From Pseudomonadota bacterium (GTDB lineage Bacteria > Pseudomonadota > Alphaproteobacteria > Sphingomonadales > CAKZYD01), in the NCBI GenBank assembly GCA_039814715.1, contig JBCCAR010000003.1:99393-163392 (forward strand): a stretch of 64,000 nt of DNA, read 5' to 3'. The translations under genes and the position numbers were made by a program. A model generated the notes under the pieces. The model was not told the DNA's origin, made no database searches, and worked only from the letters and a program-made list of their open reading frames with translations. Positions 36,101-43,749 of this stretch are shown piece after piece. The stretch's first letter is position 1. Every line of letters starts with the position of its first letter.

Positions 36101-38578
36101 GTGGATACGGTTGATTATTCAGCCGCGAGTGCTGGCATTACTATTACAATTGGCACTGGTACAGGCAGCGGCGATGCCCTTGCAGCAGGCGATCAACTGA
36201 CAAACGTTGAAAACATTATCGGTGGGTCCGGCAATGATGTGATCACCGGCGATGCAAGCAACAATGTAATCGACGGCACCAGTGGCGCTGATGATCTTTA
36301 TGGCGGCGATGGGAATGACACGCTTTATGGCGCGCGCGGCAATTGGACTGTCGATCTTTTCGGCGGCGACGGAGATGATACGTTTATCGTCTTTGCTGGC
36401 GGTGGAACGGAGAACATCACGCCTGGTGCGGGCACTGACACAATGGTGCTTAGCAATGAAGTTGCGGGCACCGATTTTGGCCTGGATTCAAATTTTGGAC
36501 AAACCGGAACATTAGAAATCGTTGATGGCTCGGCCTTAGGTGGAACAGCGCGCTTGTACGAAGGCCCTGGCGGTAATGCGCGAAACTGGGATTTCTCTGC
36601 AGTCACATTAATTCAGATTGACGAGATCGTCGGCAGTAACAGCGGCGACGATATCATCGGATCAGCGGGGAACGATGAGATTTTTGGTCTGGGCGGCAGC
36701 GATACCCTTGAAGGCGAGGACGGAAACGACACCCTTGAAGGCGGTGACGGTTCCGATACGCTCAACGGTGATGCTGGCGATGATATCCTGGATGGCGGCA
36801 CAGGCAACGACGTAGATACCCTCGATGGCGGCGAAGATTCTGACACCTACAACATCTACGGCGATGGTGTTGCGGACACCATTTCCGACAGCGGTTCCTC
36901 TGGGACTGACACGATTGTCTTGCTGTCTGGAACAGGAACAGCTTTCGAACTGGCAAATACCTTCAGCCTCGCGTCAACAGGTATTGAAGCCATTGACGGC
37001 TCGGCTGTTGTTGGTGAAACCTTGCGCGTCCAAAACACTGGATCGGCGGTAAATTGGGACTTCACGGGCATAAGCCTGACTGGGGTCGATGCATTAGAGT
37101 TTGGTGGGCAGGATGACGACTTTACGGCGTCTTCAGGTGATATCACGCTTAACGCAGGGAGTGGGTGGAATGATATTATCACCGGCTCGGGTGATGACGA
37201 CATCACAACGACTGGCTCCGGCAGCAATACAATCAATGTTGGCAATGGCAATAATACAGTCACCACAGGAAGCGGCGACGATACCATCACTAGTGGTATC
37301 GGGAATGACATCATTGTCAGCTCGAGCGGCTGGAACAACATCACCACTGGTGCTGGCGATGACGACGTAACAACGGGTGGGTCCGGCAATAACACGATAA
37401 ATACCGGTGACGGCACAAATGTCGTCTCCACGGGCAGCGGCGATGATACCATCACCTCCGGCGCGAATGACGATACGATTTCGTCTAGTGGTGGCTGGAA
37501 CGATATTACAACCGGCGGCGGTAATGATGATGTGACGATAACCGGGTCAGGCAACAACACGATTAATGTCGGGAGCGGCCTTAACACAGTTTCAACTGGC
37601 GGCGGTGATGATGATATCACCGCTGGAGCGGGGAACGACACCATAACATCCACAAATGGTTGGAACGATATCTCTGCTGGCGGCGGCGATGACGAAATCA
37701 CAATCGGCGGCTCAGGAAACAACACCATCGACGCTGGCGAAGGCACGAACATCATCTCGACTGGCAGCGGCGATGATACCATTACCAGTGGCACTGGCGA
37801 TGATGATATTACCACCACGGGTGGCTGGAACGACATCATGTCCGGCGGCGGCAATGACGACATCGTTGTCGGCGGCTCAGGAAACAACACTGTCGACGCG
37901 GGTGCAGGAAACGACGTTGTTGCGGCGGGAAGCGGGGATGACACAATCAACGGCGGCGCAGGCGATGACACCATCAGCACCGGCACTGGCACAAACACTG
38001 CGAATGGCGGGGACGATAATGACACCATTAACGGCGCATCCGGCAACGACACCATAAATGGCGATGCTGGCGATGATATCCTGAATGGGTCAACCGGCAC
38101 CAATACCGTGCGCGGCGGCGCGGGCGATGATCAGATTAGCAGCTTCGGTGGATCCGATAGCCTCTTCGGCGACGCTGATGACGACGAGTTCATCCTATTT
38201 GAAAGCCACATTAACGGTGATCTGATTGATGCTGATGGCGGGACGGGTATTGATACCGTCCGGGTGTTCAACAACTCTGGTGATGTGAGCGAGAGTAACC
38301 TTGTTGCCGCGCTAACAAATGTTGAAGTCATTGACCTTCAAGCAGCGAATGTGGGTTCTAGCTTGAGCCTAGATGGCAGCCAGGTTGCTGGTATGACAGA
38401 TGCTGGCGATACGCTCAGCTTGTTCATTGATGGGAACGATACCATCACCATCGATGAGCCGACGGATAACTACACGACCAGCATCGATGGCACTGAGACC
38501 ACCTATAGCATCTTTACTGATGCCACGCGCACCACGCTGGAAGCGACACTAATCGTCGATACTGCTGCCGCTGCCTAA
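12161..38578 (+). CDS. Giant RTX-repeat (hemolysin-type Ca2+-binding) T1SS substrate / putative adhesin, 8,805 aa
   Basis: It is a single uninterrupted ORF of 26,418 nt. The protein has a ~444-aa non-repeat N-terminal region and then thousands of residues of GGxGxDxL/I nonapeptides organised in higher-order modules. The C-terminal ~135 aa resemble the LapA/VCA0849-type T1SS target domain ([64 protein letters not shown]). It is highly acidic, and I saw no Cys on reading the translation. TolC-, HlyD- and ABC-type T1SS genes flank it. Confidence 0.95.
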   Translation: MAIRSIVSVANGSSMAEEQTAGSPPSEENVQTDQNVAPLAVAEVAAGGQLVFDFPYESVELEFIDVDVLFKFPDGSQVLVPGLGLLALSDNPPTIVFAGFPIPADQLLTRVGEFTDIPEATPPLFSSEETLDPVEETDDSAEQAEFLTAAEQQAPGGILSETIEEAAAQKAVEESEADSDAEEQSRIIEKISNESASAAAAPMDPASSPDPTEEVGSSIAELTPSITIELFGVTGQTTEVVDGRTILRGAAAATGADEDPAFGAQVEREQITGSSASETIIADSEVLAPEGFTTRILRVVADIPQSGVEVTKITVPTLPDGFSVINGELTDAGWVIDLDDPLANADFDVAAVNIGSTAVGFDIQLQYAIPEDGVTQTESGFLNEFFVPIAFTLSSESAQSVSVASVQARMAVNPAASEEDVYLVDEQSGEAITVLFDVPPGNIIDAGAGDDLIVAGAGQDDIDGGTGEDLVSYETSDESVEVNLENGAGTGGYAEGDNFTGIEGAIGSRFDDVLRGGAGDERFSGRGGEDELIGGAGVDIADYRISAEAITLSTDGSLGAGGDALGDTLTQIEGIDATDFNDVLTGSGANEILRGFAGDDTIVGLGGADVLDGGEGYDITDYSASSAAVTVFLDGRTGSGGDAAGDVLSGFEELRGSAFDDNLTGDAADNFLVGGLGADTIDGAGGIDTVDFSASEEAVTVFMDGRVGSGGKAEGDVITNVERLFGSDFDDTLIGGDGEDSIFGGLGDDVISGGAAGDMLYGGEGFDAVSYEFSSAAVNVSLDGTSTGGDAQGDLFFDVEALFGSNFSDTLSGTAGNDQLSGLGGDDILIGGEGGDILTGGAGFDAADYSNSRTGVTVYLDGTISEGGEADGDTLTEIEQVIGSRRADIINGSDSDDLLEGRDGDDILEGASGADTLEGGDGLDTARYASSDVGVLVDLLGNAGTGGHAQGDRLQDIENLTGSGFADQLTGSAGNNALDGLGGDDILEGLAGADTLRGGDGVDTVTYAASFEGVTIDLFTSTGFGGHAEGDLIFQIENVIGTQAADRITGNAEVNQLDGAGGDDVLVGGIGADVLLGGTGIDTASYINALAGVTASLALDGGTVGDAQGDTYSSIENLEGSNLADTLIGDDDDNALSGLAGDDTLIGGAGADTITGGGGFDTVDFSTETANLIIRLNGDASIGGEATGDRFFEIEQVISGSGDDQLTGSTANESLLGGDGNDILVGGAGADLLDGGAGIDSVTYAASATSVILNLDGSPSLGGDADGDTIINLEIVTASEFNDQVFGAAASETIFGGAGNDDIYSGLGADILDGGLGFDTANYSLSGAAVTASLGGGPGFGGDAQGDTLTGFERLFGSAFGDTLIGGDSDDTLEGGAGDDVLAGFGGADNLVGGAGQDIADYSASGSAVFVRLDGSLSSGGDAAGDTLNSIEGAIGSVFNDNIVGSINDEIIRGGAGDDTLDGGLGADEIIGGAGIDTLDYRGSSAAISIRLDGSLSTGGFAEGDQVSEVEIVFGSSFGDTIVGETAAETLDGGLGDDILTGAGGDDILRGATGEDTLEGGQGADLLEGDEGDDTLSGGVGADVLDGGGGLDTVTYITSGQGVTVALDGSAGAGGDAQGDTYIQIERVIGSDFADSLSGSSDNDVLEGGASNDTLAGLIGADTLRGDDGDDILIGGLGADTLDGGAGIDLADYSGSAAGIIVSTTGAPGGGGDAAGDSLISIETVLGSTFADVISGSTADELLRGNDGDDVLAGGAGADDLRGDSGFDTVDYTASNAAVVVDMFNDTATGGHAAGDVFDSIEAVTGSSFDDVLSADTGAGATLDGGDGDDDLRGRDAEDTLRGGDDNDILQGFGGADDLDGGDGFDTATYANSAFAVRAFLDGTTGADGDAAGDRLTSIERLVGSNLDDTLTGGTSDDTLEGGQGADLLLGGQGVDTLLGGQGDDQLNGGQGGDTIDGGAGVDLLDYSGSTLGVTVNLDGSVSTGGDAQGDIVTNVEQVLGSSVDDVLTGTAADDLLDGGFGNDQLNGEGGVDTLLGGQGDDVLDGGLGGDILDGGAGFDRISYAQSTQAVQVVLDGTVSTGGQAQGDQISDVELIIGSDFDDVMTGVANDEVFEGGDGDDLLIGNAGTDTLRGQDGNDTLIGGEDGDTLEGGAGIDTADYSASTAAVTIDLNGTLVAGGDANGDTLSSIERLIGTSADDILRGINVDETLIGNDGRDTLEGRGGADVLQGGENNDTLIGGTGADTLDGGAGLDTVTYADAAGSVTVFLDGSLGAGDEALGDTLTAIEILIGSDFDDVLTGFNAAEQLEGGDGDDVLSGGDEDDDLRGGIGQDTLIGGRGADAIDGGDGIDTVDYTGAEGGVIARLDGVAGSNFEAQGDLITNAERLLGSAFDDELVGSGQNDQLEGNAGADLLRGASGDDALFGGLGADTLEGSIGNDTLDGGANDDILRGGANGDVLRGDAGFDTADYSDSASRIIVSLDGSAGLGGDAQGDTLFDIERVIGTFDDDEITGIGGNETLEGGLGNDDLEGAGGDDILLGGGGDDNLSGGAGADALDGGDDIDTADYSGSSVGIQLTLDGVTVGQGGDAQGDTLINIERLFGSDFDDVLTGFSLNEILEGGDGDDIISSLGGTDTIRGGDGNDTLRGGADADIIDGGADFDTVLYDTSDAGVTVNLNGVAGINGHAQGDVLSLVERVVGSDFADTLNGFNAADVLEGGAEDDVISGGAGNDTLRGDAGDDQIDGGDNDDTIDGGTGDDTITGSDGTDAIDGGDDFDTIDYSTQTTNLFIYLDGTANAGGDATGDTLSNIEQVFGGLLNDTIIGTAEDEVLEGRAGMDRLEGRGGDDILRGGSEQDTLIGGAGADTLVGGGDTDTADYSGAGGGVTVRTDGMAGTGSDAEGDTLETIEVVIGSDFADTLIGNDTFATTLEGGDLNDVLTGGALSDTLRGQDGDDTLIGLAGSDTLEGGMGFDTVDYSASSAPVTVSLDGSLGAGGDAIGDSLSSIERVIGSTRDDIITGFNQNETLEGGDGDDTLTGDIGDDILLGEAGDDILTGGVGADTLDGGDDFDTVDYSASDAGVTIVLDGTTLGVGGHALNDAISNVERVIGSDDADVITGVGNDETFEGGTGADTLTGAGGDDTLLGGTGADVLTGGAGADVITGGGDIDRVIYSGSALGVTVFLDGTASTGGDAQGDIVTQVEEFVGSAQGDTVTGTNIGELFLGGAGADTIIAGGGVDDLRGEAGDDILRSGLGADTLDGGDDFDTADYSFSITAVTAYLDGTAGVNGDADGDTLTDIERLLGTALDDALFGAGTNDTLEGNSGQDTLTGNAGDDTLIGGGADDVLIGGAGNDDLQGGFGEDTADYSSSVLGVVLDLGANSGTAGDADGDTFDSIEIVVGSDEADDITGSDNPDTLFGGDGGDTLRGGEEDDDLFGDDGNDILIGGLGADGLNGGIGDDTADYSGSGVGVTVFLDGSAGLGGEATGDRLNSIEVVIGSASTDFIYGTNASETLQGGASGDTLSGGLGDDTLLGEAGDDMIVGGGGGDTIDGGDDFDTVDYSGSTLGVTIVLDGTTLGTGGTAANDTVVNVERLIGTSVNDDFTGVGADETLEGRAGSDTLRGGGGDDQLLGGTENDTLIGGAGADILTGGDGVDTADYSASSADLTVYLDGTAGAGGDALGDTLFTVETLLSGTGNDMLFGSIVAETFEGSDGDDTITARGGNDTLRGQAGDDILIGGEDADVIDGGGDTDIADYSASNAGVTLNLDATISTGGHATGDQLIDIEHVIGSAFQDTFNGTAAAETFEGRGDNDSINAGAGIDVLIGGLGDDILRGGADADQLDGTSGNDTATYSDAGDSVTVYTDGTAGVGDDAQGDTLQNIDIVIGSDFADTLIGHAGSQTLQGGSQNDDLRGGEGDDILEGQGDNDTLDGGGGADILRGGDGIDIGDYTNALDDVTVFLDGTAGVGDIADGDTLFTIETLYGSAFDDTLTGALQGERLEGRDGNDLLSGDFGTDTLLGGDGDDILRGGLGGDTLDGGNDFDIADYSLAGGSVTVSLDGSLGTQGDALNDTLTDIERLVGSSNNDTLSGSNAADEIWGGDGEDTITGGLLGDDLRGDGGNDTIDGEEGADSIDGGTGDDIILASEDGDTIDGGDDFDTVDYSASTLGVTAYLDGTLGVGGLGLNDTLSNVERLIGTSETDTFFGDTTDDTLEGRGGDDVLNGGAGADTILGGAGADQIDAGDNDDSIDGGTGNDIITASAGADNIDGGDDDDTLTYAASAIGIDIGLDGSAGSGGLAQGDRIFGIETLIATTGDDIVRGISTNETIQGGTGNDTLRGGGGDDLLEGEVGDDILEGGSGADTLDGGAGGFDIADYANSSIGVDARLDGTAGTLGDATGDTLIDIEALSGSALDDLLIGGTANDELRGVDGNDELRGFDGDDRLIGGGNNDLLIGGAGNDFYDGGADFDTVDFSGETDAVVADLSLSTITIGSGLGQQDETIQNVERLIGTAENDTFTGNIFAETLEGRDGDDTLNGASSDDILIGGIGNDTLNGGSGEDTIDGGEGDDIIDAGSDADTINAGTGNDLIISSNDADAIDGGDDYDTVDYSNSIAGVTVFLDGTAGERANAIGDTLSNIEYVIGSGSDDILTGHSENERLDGGNDDDILDGAGGDDILNGGSGDDQFIASLGADIMDGGSNSSVNTGFPNGGLSTRDVVDYSAATGEIEAYLDGTVGVGFEAAGDTAVNIESIIGGDFDDILGGNASANTFRAGDGDDTITGEDGNDIVYADEGADDFDGGTGDDAINYTSGTEGITIFTDGTAGTGGLAQGDTLSNVERVYGTDFADSMTGHTGTQRFFGNDGNDTLIGGEGGDQLEGGSGEDFIDGGEGNDTISGGNDDDVILLTAGTDNINGGSGRDTLDASGLASRVHVNFATGSGTLGDASGDDYDSIEIFIGTDFNDYVLDSGATEDYYLGLGNDQIDAQGGGGIFDGGGGVDILEFNRFDVAGVDVVMDGTTVGVGGFADGATFENFERISLTAFDDSYVGWAGDEQIAGAQGADDIDGGDGFDFVVFLDDINSGGGASTNFALDGRITATGRAVGDTVTNVEGVIGSNNDDILGGDSGDNELRGSGGNDTLLGDLGADVLDGDNGEDTVDYSLAGAQINVALGVGGVGDIADGDTYSEIENVIGSGFDDALQGTSDANNLNGGEGDDILIGLEGGDLLVGAGGFHDVANYSASNEGITISMDGSFGLGGHAAGDQLLGVEDVIGSIYGDDITADGNINSLQGGDGNDFLQGNNGGDVLDGGNNFDVIRYEGSDAAVTVDLDAQTASGGHADGDTLISIEGVYGSANNDIFSGSSRDEDFRGEAGDDNIAGSGGADDIRGGEDTDTLTYLAAGAGITLTLDGTTVGTGGDAAGDTVREIEILFATDNIDNITGVALNETLYGRGGADALDGAGGDDILIGGAGGDTLIGGGGTDTADYSGSAAIQIVLDGSTLGIGGDAAGDVISGVETIIGTDFNDVVTATVLQSTLRGEGGDDQLTGSNLDDVLLGGAAQDSLFGGEGDDDLQGEEGNDILEGGIGEDSLDGGSGNDTASYATAGSGVAASIAAGGGTLGDANNDTFTDIQNLTGSGFDDTLTGDSNDNTLTGLAGVDTLDGGLGNDTINAGAGDDIIIASVGGDNINGGDDNDTVDYTASDAFTITIGTGSGTGGIALGDTLIDVEIILGGAQGDNITGDGDNNTLTGNGGDDILDGAGGDDLLQGNAGADQFTGGTGTNTIEGGAGTDTIFGGTGTDLIDGGGEVDTVDYSADTAGITIAIDGMAGSGGLAATDTLTDVENIIGGSGVDTLTGDGEDNVLTGNGNADILSGLGGNDTLEGGAGNDTLTGGTGTNTLNGGLNDDTFTGGTGADLIDGGSGFDTVDYSADSGDNTITIGGGAGTGSFASNDTLAGVERILGGTGVDNLTGDGNDNTLIGNDGNDVLTGMGGTNTLQGNDGEDTFIAGAGADNIDGGGDDDTVDYSLSTAINITIGSGTGAGGLAANDQLTDVESIIGGAEGDTITGDGDANTLTGNGGNDILDGAGGSDTLEGGAGEDTLTGGAGTDTINAGGDNDTIIGGAGADDIDGGTGIDTVDYSADTTGITIALDDNPGSNGLAAGDTLFDVENIIGGSQNDTLTGDGEQNTLTGNDGDDTLDGGAEDDTLIGNDGADTFIASAGADSATGGAGIDTADYSSESSFAITVGGGAGTGSALGDTLAGIEIVLGGAGDDTIVADTSLNSTLTGNGGIDTLTGGSGDDTLNGGAGDDVLNAGAGINVINAGLDDDTITGGVGRDTIDGEGGFDTVDYTGDFGDNVIVIGGGLGTGSFASNDQLSNIERILGGAGADTLTGDSADTTFEGNDGNDVLTGGAGDNTLNGGDGDDTFIGGTGNDTIDGQGDIDTVNYSNDTAGVTVVLDGSLSSGGLAVGDRLSNIENLTGGTGGDDVTGNALDNILLGGDGADTLRGEGGNDTLTGGAGTDTITGGSGTNTISGGANVDTIIGGTGTDLIDGGDGDDIVDYSADSGDNTITIGGAAGTGSFANTDTLTDVEELRGGSGVDTFTGDGDDNTLIGNAGNDVLDGGAGNDDVQGGDGDDRIVGGVGTNTLDGGTTGEVNGDTIDYTAITAALNVNLATNATSGAAANDTISNFENFLGGSDVDTVTGTSGANRIEGNGGADILDGAGGDDTILGGNNADTITGGTGTNTLSGGGGADTFIAGTGIDLIDGNNGQDTVDYTADTAGITVAIDGSQGVGGLAEDDTLTNVETILGGSGNDDITGDGDQNILQGNDGNDVLDGGAEADQLFGGADQDDLSGGDGNDQLFGGTEDDIFRGDAGSDVIDGGGGIDTVDYTASGTFTITIGTGSGTGSLAQGDTLTEVEIINAGGGDDTITGDTNDNTLNGGAGDDTLSTGAGGANTLNGDGGDDTVIILAASSGNTVDGGTNTAVGDTIDLSNFSTAATLNILSGAVGGALAAETVVASSFENIIGGTAGDTLTGSAASNIISGGAGGDVISGGASGTNTLSGEGGDDTFTGGTGIDLIDGGLNVDTADYAADTAGMTVVLDGSVSSGGLAASDTFTNIENFIAGTGVDDITGNSLDNTLIGGANNDQLSGLGGNDNLQGGDGDDTLTGGSGINTLTGGNNNDTFIGGSGTDSMFGNSGRDTVDYTAESADITLQINGGAASGGIAAGDTIDSIEIILSGSGNDTLTGDASDDEIYGNDGNDTIDTRGGNDSAFGGDGNDRIFGGQGTNTLNGGNDIDWIDYSGETVALSVNLGTNATAGAAANDTISNFENVRGGTNDDVLTGSSAANVIQGNDGDDTIDASDGGGDTIDGGAGEDNITLGSGINTVDAGGDNDTIILGAGTDSVQGGDGVDTADYSNDTAGITITLGSGTGSGGLAAGDELRDVEDLTAGSGADDITGDGGDNTIIGNEDNDTLDGAGGNDDLQGGDGDDTLTGGAGTNTLSGGANADTFIAGTGADAIDGGTGTDIVDYTADSDGITITIGTGTGTGGLAAGDTLAAVETILGGTSGDAITGDGNDNRLEGRGGSDTLNGAGGNDVILGGDLNDIITGGAGTNTLSGEGGNDRFVSGSGADAIDGGTGIDTADYTGSTAINITIGGGAGSGGDALGDTLVNINIVEGGSEGDTVTGDGNGNTLRGNGGNDILDGAGGIDTLEGGAGDDTLTGGTGANTLDGGANDDTMIAGTGADAFDGDTGTDTADYSADTAGITITIGTGTGTGGLAAGDSLTAVEIIEGGSGVDTLTGDGNDNTLLGNDDNDVLDGAGGSDDLQGGDGDDTLTGGAGTNTLSGGNNDDTFIAGTGTDSFDGGSGFDTVDYTGSAAIDINLGGSMNTGGFAAGDTYSSIERVLGSAFGDTISGGGLDNTFVGNGGNDTLNGFGGADTLDGGAGQDTLNGGEGSDILTGGANNDTFIASEGGDDIDGGDDVDTVDYSAASAGITITIGTGTGSGDALAAGDQLTNVENIIGGSGNDVITGDASNNVIDGTSGADDLYGGDGNDTLYGARGNWTVDLFGGDGDDTFIVFAGGGTENITPGAGTDTMVLSNEVAGTDFGLDSNFGQTGTLEIVDGSALGGTARLYEGPGGNARNWDFSAVTLIQIDEIVGSNSGDDIIGSAGNDEIFGLGGSDTLEGEDGNDTLEGGDGSDTLNGDAGDDILDGGTGNDVDTLDGGEDSDTYNIYGDGVADTISDSGSSGTDTIVLLSGTGTAFELANTFSLASTGIEAIDGSAVVGETLRVQNTGSAVNWDFTGISLTGVDALEFGGQDDDFTASSGDITLNAGSGWNDIITGSGDDDITTTGSGSNTINVGNGNNTVTTGSGDDTITSGIGNDIIVSSSGWNNITTGAGDDDVTTGGSGNNTINTGDGTNVVSTGSGDDTITSGANDDTISSSGGWNDITTGGGNDDVTITGSGNNTINVGSGLNTVSTGGGDDDITAGAGNDTITSTNGWNDISAGGGDDEITIGGSGNNTIDAGEGTNIISTGSGDDTITSGTGDDDITTTGGWNDIMSGGGNDDIVVGGSGNNTVDAGAGNDVVAAGSGDDTINGGAGDDTISTGTGTNTANGGDDNDTINGASGNDTINGDAGDDILNGSTGTNTVRGGAGDDQISSFGGSDSLFGDADDDEFILFESHINGDLIDADGGTGIDTVRVFNNSGDVSESNLVAALTNVEVIDLQAANVGSSLSLDGSQVAGMTDAGDTLSLFIDGNDTITIDEPTDNYTTSIDGTETTYSIFTDATRTTLEATLIVDTAAAA
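13493..28930 (+). repeat. Coding repeat regime A inside the giant gene: ~70-80-aa modules
   Basis: The module is about G(F/I/V)DT(A/V)DYSxSxxxVTVxLDGxxGxGGDAxGDxLxxIExxxGSxFxDxLTG, followed by 2-4 GGxGxD nonapeptides. The DYS anchors recur every 210-240 nt (for example ~14020, 14230, 14470, 14700, 14940, 15180, 15415). Span divided by period suggests roughly 60-70 modules, which I did not count individually. The boundaries are approximate. Confidence 0.8.
28931..36260 (+). repeat. Coding repeat regime B inside the giant gene: ~97-115-aa modules
   Basis: The module is about [114 protein letters not shown]. The VDY anchors fall near 29230, 29572, 29920, 30205, 30550, 30840, 31185, 31475, 31820, 32120, 32465 and 32810, and continue beyond. 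One module counted by hand is 115 aa. Span divided by period suggests about 21 modules. The boundaries are approximate. Confidence 0.8.
37163..37987 (+). repeat. Coding repeat regime C inside the giant gene: five exact-period 55-aa (165-nt) units
   Basis: The Trp codon of the GWN(D/N)I motif occurs at 37166, 37331, 37496, 37661 and 37826, exactly 165 nt apart. One unit reads [55 protein letters not shown], which is six xGxGxDxIT-type nonapeptides plus one residue. Confidence 0.9.
38171..38575 (+). other. C-terminal T1SS secretion/target domain of the giant protein
   Basis: This non-repeat C-terminus follows the last RTX blocks. [14 protein letters not shown]...[46 protein letters not shown]...[12 protein letters not shown] resembles the TIGR03661-type (VCA0849/LapA class) C-terminal target domain as I recall it. 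Confidence 0.6.
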
Positions 38579-39117
38579 GCCTGTGGCTTAAGCCAGCCGC
38601 GGTAGCGTACGATTTGCCCTGCCAGTGGAAGGGAGATCGCAACATCGAAGTGGAACAGTCCGTTTTGAGCGGTCTCGCGCGTATCGCTGCGCGGTAACAG
38701 CCAATGCGGTAGCGCTATACCCAAAAGCCAGGCGCGTTTAACAGGAAAGAGAAGCGCTTTATTGTCTTCGCGCAGGCCAAGCTCAGCGCGCAGCAGTCCA
38801 AAGCGCTCAAACACTTTCAGCGGCGGACCCTCCTTCAGCGAGAGATGAGAACGAAAGGTCTGTCCGCCAAAATCGCGCACCCAAGTTTCGCCTTTGGGCG
38901 TTTGCGTGATGATGACGGTGACAGGAATATCGCTGCCCGACTTTGGAAAGCCAATGACGGCTGAAATAATGTGGGACAATAGGGAGGTGCCGCGATCGAC
39001 GCGCGCTTTGCCTTCAAGGCGCAATTGCCCTTCAATGCTGTGGACTGCGCGAACAGCGGCTGGCAAGGCTTGCCACGAAGACCCTAAGAATCGCTGAAAA
39101 AGAGGCTGCTTACCCAT
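38575..39117 (-). CDS. DUF4166 domain protein
   Basis: 180-aa ORF. The pattern [17 protein letters not shown]...GKARVDRG...[28 protein letters not shown]...LPHWLLPR...[22 protein letters not shown] matches my memory of DUF4166. It lies 42 nt downstream of the hlyD-like gene on the same strand. Its stop overlaps the giant gene stop (CTAA). Confidence 0.6.
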   Translation of the reverse strand: MGKQPLFQRFLGSSWQALPAAVRAVHSIEGQLRLEGKARVDRGTSLLSHIISAVIGFPKSGSDIPVTVIITQTPKGETWVRDFGGQTFRSHLSLKEGPPLKVFERFGLLRAELGLREDNKALLFPVKRAWLLGIALPHWLLPRSDTRETAQNGLFHFDVAISLPLAGQIVRYRGWLKPQA

Positions 39118-39159
39118 GTATTCACCTTCTGCATTAGAAGGGGTAACTAGGACGATACC

Positions 39160-40473
39160 TTACTGCCGCAATGCGTTATCGCGCAGCTTTGTGATCGGTT
39201 TGAGCAGATAATTTAAGATGGTATGGCGCCCCGATAGAATATCGATTTGCGCTGTCATGCCGGGGATGACCAGCTTGTCTTCGCCAAAGCTCGTAGTCTG
39301 CGCTTTCACGCGGATACGGTAGTAGCTCTGGCCCTGCTCATCCTGCAGTACGTCAGCTGAAATTTCTTCCAGGCTGCCGTCGAGCCCGCCATAGATGGAA
39401 AAATCATAGGCTGTGATCTTCACCACCGCTGGCAGCCCCGGCCAAACATCGCCCCGGTCAGCAGGGCGCAGCTTTGCTTCCATTAAGACAGAGGTGTCGT
39501 TGGGGACAATTTCGACCAGGTCTTGACCCGGTTTCACAACGCCGCCAAGGGTGGTGACGAACACAGTGTTGACCACGCCCGTGATCGGGGCGCGTACATC
39601 TGTCCGCGCGGAGCGATCTTGAAAGGCAAGTAAGGCCTCTTCCAGCTTTGCGATATTGATTTGCAGCGCCACCACCTCTTCCTGCGCCTGAGATTGGAAC
39701 TCAGCGACGCGTTGACGGCGGCGGTTTTTATTTTCTGATAGAGCTGCGTCTAGCTGTGGGATCTGGTAGCGGGTATCTGATTTGCGCGAAATCAGCTGCT
39801 GCAGCTTGGTTTTCACTTCAATCAGTTGTGCCTCGCTGCCAGCATCCATAGCGACTAGTTTTTGAACCTGGGCCAGGCGCTGGCGAACCAGTTGCTCTTC
39901 TGCTTGAAGGTTTTTCAGGCGAATGCGCGATTCTTGTAACTCGCCTGTCCGTTTGCGGATCTGATCATCCAGAACCGCGAGTTCTCGGCCTAGTTCTCTT
40001 TTGCGAGTTTTGAACAACGCTGTTTGTTCCCGCGTTAAAACAGGCGCTCGCTTTGATAGCGCCTCACTAAAGGTAACAGTCGATTTGCCTTCCGCTTCGG
40101 CGCGGCGGCGCTCTACCTCTGCTTTTTTCGACAAAAGCTCCCAGCGGGTATTAACGAGTTCTGCTTCGCTGATTTGGTTTTGAATGCGGATGAGAAGGTC
40201 GCCTTTGCGCACCACTTGTCCTTCTTCCACTGCGATCTCAGAGATGATGCCGCCTTCATAATGCTGCACCATCTGCTTGCGCGCAGACGGAAGGACGCGC
40301 CCTTCAGCGCGGGTCACTTGATCTAATTCAAAAATGGCGGCCCAAGCTAAAAACAAGGTCACCGCTGAAGCGATGACAATCAGCAACACCGTGCTAGTTT
40401 TGTTTTCCACTCGCTGGGCACGCGCAGAAAAGCCAGTGATGTCGGCAAAGTCGTGGGGATCGCCCGTCGCCAT
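39160..40473 (-). CDS. HlyD/LssD-family type I secretion periplasmic adaptor (membrane fusion protein)
   Basis: It has a single N-terminal TM (VLLIVIASAVTLFLAWAAIF) followed by ELDQVTRAEGRVLPSARKQMVQHYEGGIISEIAVEEGQVVRKGDLLIRI. A long coiled-coil and a C-terminal beta-barrel part (GMTAQIDILSGRHTILNYLLKPI) complete it. The track ORF opens at a TTG at 40551. I prefer the ATG at 40473 (MATGDPHDF), which leaves a realistic divergent promoter region. Confidence 0.9.
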   Translation of the reverse strand: MATGDPHDFADITGFSARAQRVENKTSTVLLIVIASAVTLFLAWAAIFELDQVTRAEGRVLPSARKQMVQHYEGGIISEIAVEEGQVVRKGDLLIRIQNQISEAELVNTRWELLSKKAEVERRRAEAEGKSTVTFSEALSKRAPVLTREQTALFKTRKRELGRELAVLDDQIRKRTGELQESRIRLKNLQAEEQLVRQRLAQVQKLVAMDAGSEAQLIEVKTKLQQLISRKSDTRYQIPQLDAALSENKNRRRQRVAEFQSQAQEEVVALQINIAKLEEALLAFQDRSARTDVRAPITGVVNTVFVTTLGGVVKPGQDLVEIVPNDTSVLMEAKLRPADRGDVWPGLPAVVKITAYDFSIYGGLDGSLEEISADVLQDEQGQSYYRIRVKAQTTSFGEDKLVIPGMTAQIDILSGRHTILNYLLKPITKLRDNALRQ

Positions 40474-40571
40474 GATTGCTAAAACCCTAAGCGTTAATCC
40501 TAAGGGAGTTTTAACGCTTGAAGGGCTAACAAAGCGTTGAGACGGGATCAAACGAGTGCGGATTGCAGCTC

Positions 40572-42731
40572 ATGGGCAGCGAAAATGAAGATATGGAAAC
40601 GGCTAATCGCGCGCCAACTTGGTGCCTGAGCATTATTGCATGCCTGCATCAGCTGTGCCGCCATGCCAAAATTGAAGCCTCGCCGCAGCGTATTACGGCT
40701 GGATTGCCGTTGGTTGAGGGCGATCTCCCAGCCAATGCCGTGCCTATAGCGGCAGCGCGTGTGGGGCTCGAAGCCAATGCTCTAGCCAATAAACCAATAA
40801 AGCTACGCGCTGAAGATTGCCCAGCTCTTGTTCCTCTCAAGGACGCGAAAGCTGCGCTAATCATAAGCGTAAATGAGAAAGACTTTACACTTTGGACGCC
40901 GGACGGTGCGGCCGTGCTGCCGCGCAGCGAGGTTGCCGAGCAGGTGGAGGGACAAGCCTACAGTTTTCATGTCCGGGCATCGGCAATTGATGATGCTCTG
41001 GCCGAGGATGAGGCCGTTGACGCGCACCCCAAGGCTGCCTGGCGTACGCTGTTGTCAGCGTTTTTTCGCCGTAAATCCCTTTGGGTTCAACTGCTTGCTG
41101 CAGGCGTCATTATTAATTTGATGGCCTTGGTCTTGCCGTTGTTTTTGATGGCAGTCTATGACCGCGTCGTACCCAATCTAGCGATGGAAACACTGTGGGC
41201 GCTTGGTATTGGCGTCCTCATCGCAATCTGTTTTGAATTCGCGCTCAAGCTCATCCGCCAATCGCTTATTGAAGCGGTGTCTCTGCGCATATCAACAGAA
41301 CTGCAGCATAGCGCTGCAGAGCGTATTTTAAGAGCGCGCCCAAGCGATGCGCCGCGCCAGGCGGGGGCGGCATTATCAGGCCTGAAAGAAACCGATGCGG
41401 TGACAAATATCGTCCCGTCGGCCATCTTAGCGGCGTGTATCGATCTGCCATTTTTCCTGCTGGTTCTGGCGCTTATTTACTCGATTGCCGGTGTTGTCGC
41501 TGCAGCGCCAGCGCTGGGCGCGTTGATGTTGTTTGGCGTTGGTATATGGGGCAACATCGGTCTCATGGGCGCAGCCAAATCCGGCGTTAAATATCAAGAT
41601 GCGCGCCAAAACCTACTGCATGACATCTTAGAGGGCCTTGGGCATATCAAAGCCTCACTGGCAGAAGGCCAATTCCTGCGCCATTGGGATGTCATAAGCG
41701 ATGAAGCGGCTATGGCGTCCAAGCGCGCGCGGTTTTGGGGCGCGTTTCCCGGTCACGCATCGCCGCTCATTATGCAGCTGGTCACTGTTGGCGTGATCGT
41801 TCTAGGCGTCTTCCAACTGAAAGAGGGGCTGATTAGTGTTGGGGCCATGGTGGCGTGCACGTTGCTGTCCAACCGCGCTATGGTGCCCATCTCAACAGTC
41901 AATGGGCTTGCAAGCCGGGCCCTGCAGTCGCTTGCCTCGTTCCGCTCCGTCTTCCATCTCCTGCGGCTGCCGCAAGAGCGCAGCATTTCAGCCGCCGGCG
42001 TTGGCGCAAGCCGCCTGCGCGGCCAAATCCGAACCACCAACGTGGCTATGGCCTATCAAGCCGAGCAGAAGCCAACGCTTAGCGACGTCAATCTAACCAT
42101 CAATCCAGGCGAGAGCATTGCTATTGTGGGCCCAAGCGGTGCTGGTAAGACAAGCTTACTTACTCTCCTGGCTGGACAAGTACCGCCAAGCCAAGGCGAT
42201 GTGTTTGTGGATGGTTTTCACCTTGCTCAATACGGCGTGAATGATTACCGCCGCCATGTCGGCTTTGCGCCGCAAGACGCCCGTATCTTTAACTTAACAC
42301 TGAAGGACAACATCCTGCTCGGTGTTCAAAGCGTCTCCTCTCAAGCCTTGGTGCAAGCGCTAAACGTGTCAGGTTTAGCAAGTTTTGTGGCGCAGCAAGA
42401 AGAAGGTCTCGCGCTTAAAGTTGGCCCCAACGGTGAGCGCTTGTCAGGCGGACAGCGCCAGGCTGTCTTACTTGCTCGCGCACTAATCCATGATCCTGCA
42501 ATCCTGCTTTTGGATGAGCCAACATCGGCTATGGATTCCGCTGCTGAACAAAATGTCGTGCGCGGCCTTCGCGATTTCATCAACGGGCGTACAACGTTGA
42601 TCTCAACACACCGCACACCGCTTCTAAGCCTGGCTGACCGGATCATTTGGATGGAAGGCGGGCGCATTGTTGGTGATGGTCCGCGTCAAGAAATGATCGC
42701 GCGGATACAAGGCAAAAAACCTGCCGCTTAA
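40572..42731 (+). CDS. Type I secretion ABC transporter permease/ATPase, LssB/LapB-like, with N-terminal C39-like domain
   Basis: The N-terminal ~130 aa (WCLSIIACLHQLCRHAKIEASPQRITAGLPLVEGDLP...ARVGLEANALANKPI...CPALVPLKD) look like the C39-like domain of LssB/LapB/HlyB-type exporters. A 6-TM ABC membrane domain follows. The protein carries Walker A (GPSGAGKTS), the ABC signature (LSGGQRQ) and Walker B (ILLLDEPTSAMD). The start is uncertain: TTG at 40563, ATG at 40572 or ATG at 40593. Confidence 0.92.
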   Translation: MGSENEDMETANRAPTWCLSIIACLHQLCRHAKIEASPQRITAGLPLVEGDLPANAVPIAAARVGLEANALANKPIKLRAEDCPALVPLKDAKAALIISVNEKDFTLWTPDGAAVLPRSEVAEQVEGQAYSFHVRASAIDDALAEDEAVDAHPKAAWRTLLSAFFRRKSLWVQLLAAGVIINLMALVLPLFLMAVYDRVVPNLAMETLWALGIGVLIAICFEFALKLIRQSLIEAVSLRISTELQHSAAERILRARPSDAPRQAGAALSGLKETDAVTNIVPSAILAACIDLPFFLLVLALIYSIAGVVAAAPALGALMLFGVGIWGNIGLMGAAKSGVKYQDARQNLLHDILEGLGHIKASLAEGQFLRHWDVISDEAAMASKRARFWGAFPGHASPLIMQLVTVGVIVLGVFQLKEGLISVGAMVACTLLSNRAMVPISTVNGLASRALQSLASFRSVFHLLRLPQERSISAAGVGASRLRGQIRTTNVAMAYQAEQKPTLSDVNLTINPGESIAIVGPSGAGKTSLLTLLAGQVPPSQGDVFVDGFHLAQYGVNDYRRHVGFAPQDARIFNLTLKDNILLGVQSVSSQALVQALNVSGLASFVAQQEEGLALKVGPNGERLSGGQRQAVLLARALIHDPAILLLDEPTSAMDSAAEQNVVRGLRDFINGRTTLISTHRTPLLSLADRIIWMEGGRIVGDGPRQEMIARIQGKKPAA

Positions 42732-42803
42732 AGCGTTGGTTAATCCTAGGCCGCTACAATTTTACCCTAATAAGCGTAAATTTGCGTGGAGTAGGACCTC
42801 TCT

Positions 42804-43643
42804 GTGGCCCGTAAGCCTGAAGAAGAAGCCAATCACTGGCCAGGATTTGTCGATGCTCTGTCGACGATCGTGATGGTGATTACCTTTCTTCTGATTTTGC
42901 TGGGGCTCACGCTCTTCATCATGATGCAGAAGATACAAGCCGACGCGAATACGGTCACGGATACGCAAGTGAACACCGAAGCAGCAGGCGGCGCTCAGGC
43001 AATAAACGATGAGGAAAGCCAGTCAGCGCTGGAGGAAGCCTCTTCTTCGGCATCGAAGACCAGTCAGGTTTCTGACCTGAAAGAGAAGCTTCAGCAAGCG
43101 CAGCAAGAAATTGAAAAGCTCAAAACCCAGACACAGCAGATGGCTGGCGCGCCCAAAGCACCTGAAGGCCAGTCTATCGCGTCTATGGGCGCGGAGCTTC
43201 GCCAGGAAGAGCAGATTGAGACAGAAGATAAGCTCACTATTCTGACCCGAAAAACCGATGAGAAGGTCAAGGTGGCTATCGCTAGCCAGGAGCCAGTAAC
43301 GGCAGACGGCAAGATTAAGGTGACCTCGGCTGCTGTTGCCCTAGAGCTTAACTATGATTCTGGAACGACAAAGCTGGATGAAGAAGCTGCAACTCAGGTT
43401 GGGGACTATTTTGAAGAACAAGCGCCTAAGTCTGGCACGTCCAAGTTTGAAATTCGCTCCATTGCGTCTTCTGGTGTTGGCTCGATCTCTGAGGCGCGCA
43501 GAAAAGCTTACTTCCGAGCGCTGACAGTACGCAATATTTTGCTCAAGCGCGGTATCCCTGCAGAGCGTATTGTAACCAAGATTTCCATGCCGCAACCGGG
43601 CGAGCAACAAGATCGCGTCATCGTTACCTTAAAGCCGAACTGA
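42804..43643 (+). CDS. MotB/SiiA-like protein: N-terminal Asp-TM plug plus degenerate OmpA-like C-terminal domain
   Basis: 279-aa ORF with a GTG start preceded by AGGA. The N-terminus (HWPGFVDALSTIVMVITFLLILLGL) resembles the MotB/ExbD/TolR/SiiA plug-TM, with an Asp (D17, nt 42852-42854) just before the single TM. A Gln/Glu-rich linker follows. The C-terminus (LELNYDSGTTKLDEEAATQVGDYF...FEIRSIASSGVGSISEARRKAYFRALTVRNILLKRGIPAERI) has the OmpA/MotB-C layout, but I could not identify canonical peptidoglycan-binding residues. Confidence 0.65.
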   Translation: MARKPEEEANHWPGFVDALSTIVMVITFLLILLGLTLFIMMQKIQADANTVTDTQVNTEAAGGAQAINDEESQSALEEASSSASKTSQVSDLKEKLQQAQQEIEKLKTQTQQMAGAPKAPEGQSIASMGAELRQEEQIETEDKLTILTRKTDEKVKVAIASQEPVTADGKIKVTSAAVALELNYDSGTTKLDEEAATQVGDYFEEQAPKSGTSKFEIRSIASSGVGSISEARRKAYFRALTVRNILLKRGIPAERIVTKISMPQPGEQQDRVIVTLKPN

Positions 43644-43749
43644 CCGCGCCGCTATGTTTAGGATATCTTCAACTCTTAACGTTAACGCTCTGTACAAGCC
43701 GCGTCCTTTGCAACGTCAAAGTGCGCGGACAAAGGCGGCTTGAGAGCGT

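Noticed and set aside
13493-37987. Highly regular DNA periodicity that could superficially suggest a CRISPR array or satellite.
   Set aside because: The repeats are in-frame protein-coding modules of 165-345 nt, without conserved short direct repeats separated by unique spacers. There are no cas genes, and the reading frame is continuous.
12325-38331. Dozens of 60-415-aa ORFs on the minus strand and in off-frames inside the giant gene. Examples are 36856-38103 (415 aa), 35003-35638 (211 aa), 32812-33408 (198 aa) and 12664-13230 (188 aa). Many are Ser/Pro-rich (MSSPPAP...).
   Set aside because: They are shadows of the repetitive GGC/GAT/GAC-rich coding frame. Their low-complexity S/P/A composition is the reverse-complement reading of Gly/Asp/Thr codons. 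They have no independent signals and lie entirely within a far better-supported 8,805-aa ORF.
40474-40571. An apparent 11-nt gap between the divergent hlyD-like ORF (starting at 40551) and the ABC-exporter ORF (starting at 40563).
   Set aside because: Both ORF-limit starts are TTG codons. In-frame ATGs at 40473 (MATGDPHDF, about 25 aa before the TM) and at 40572 or 40593 give normal protein N-termini and a conventional ~100-nt divergent promoter region. The tight spacing is probably an ORF-calling artefact.
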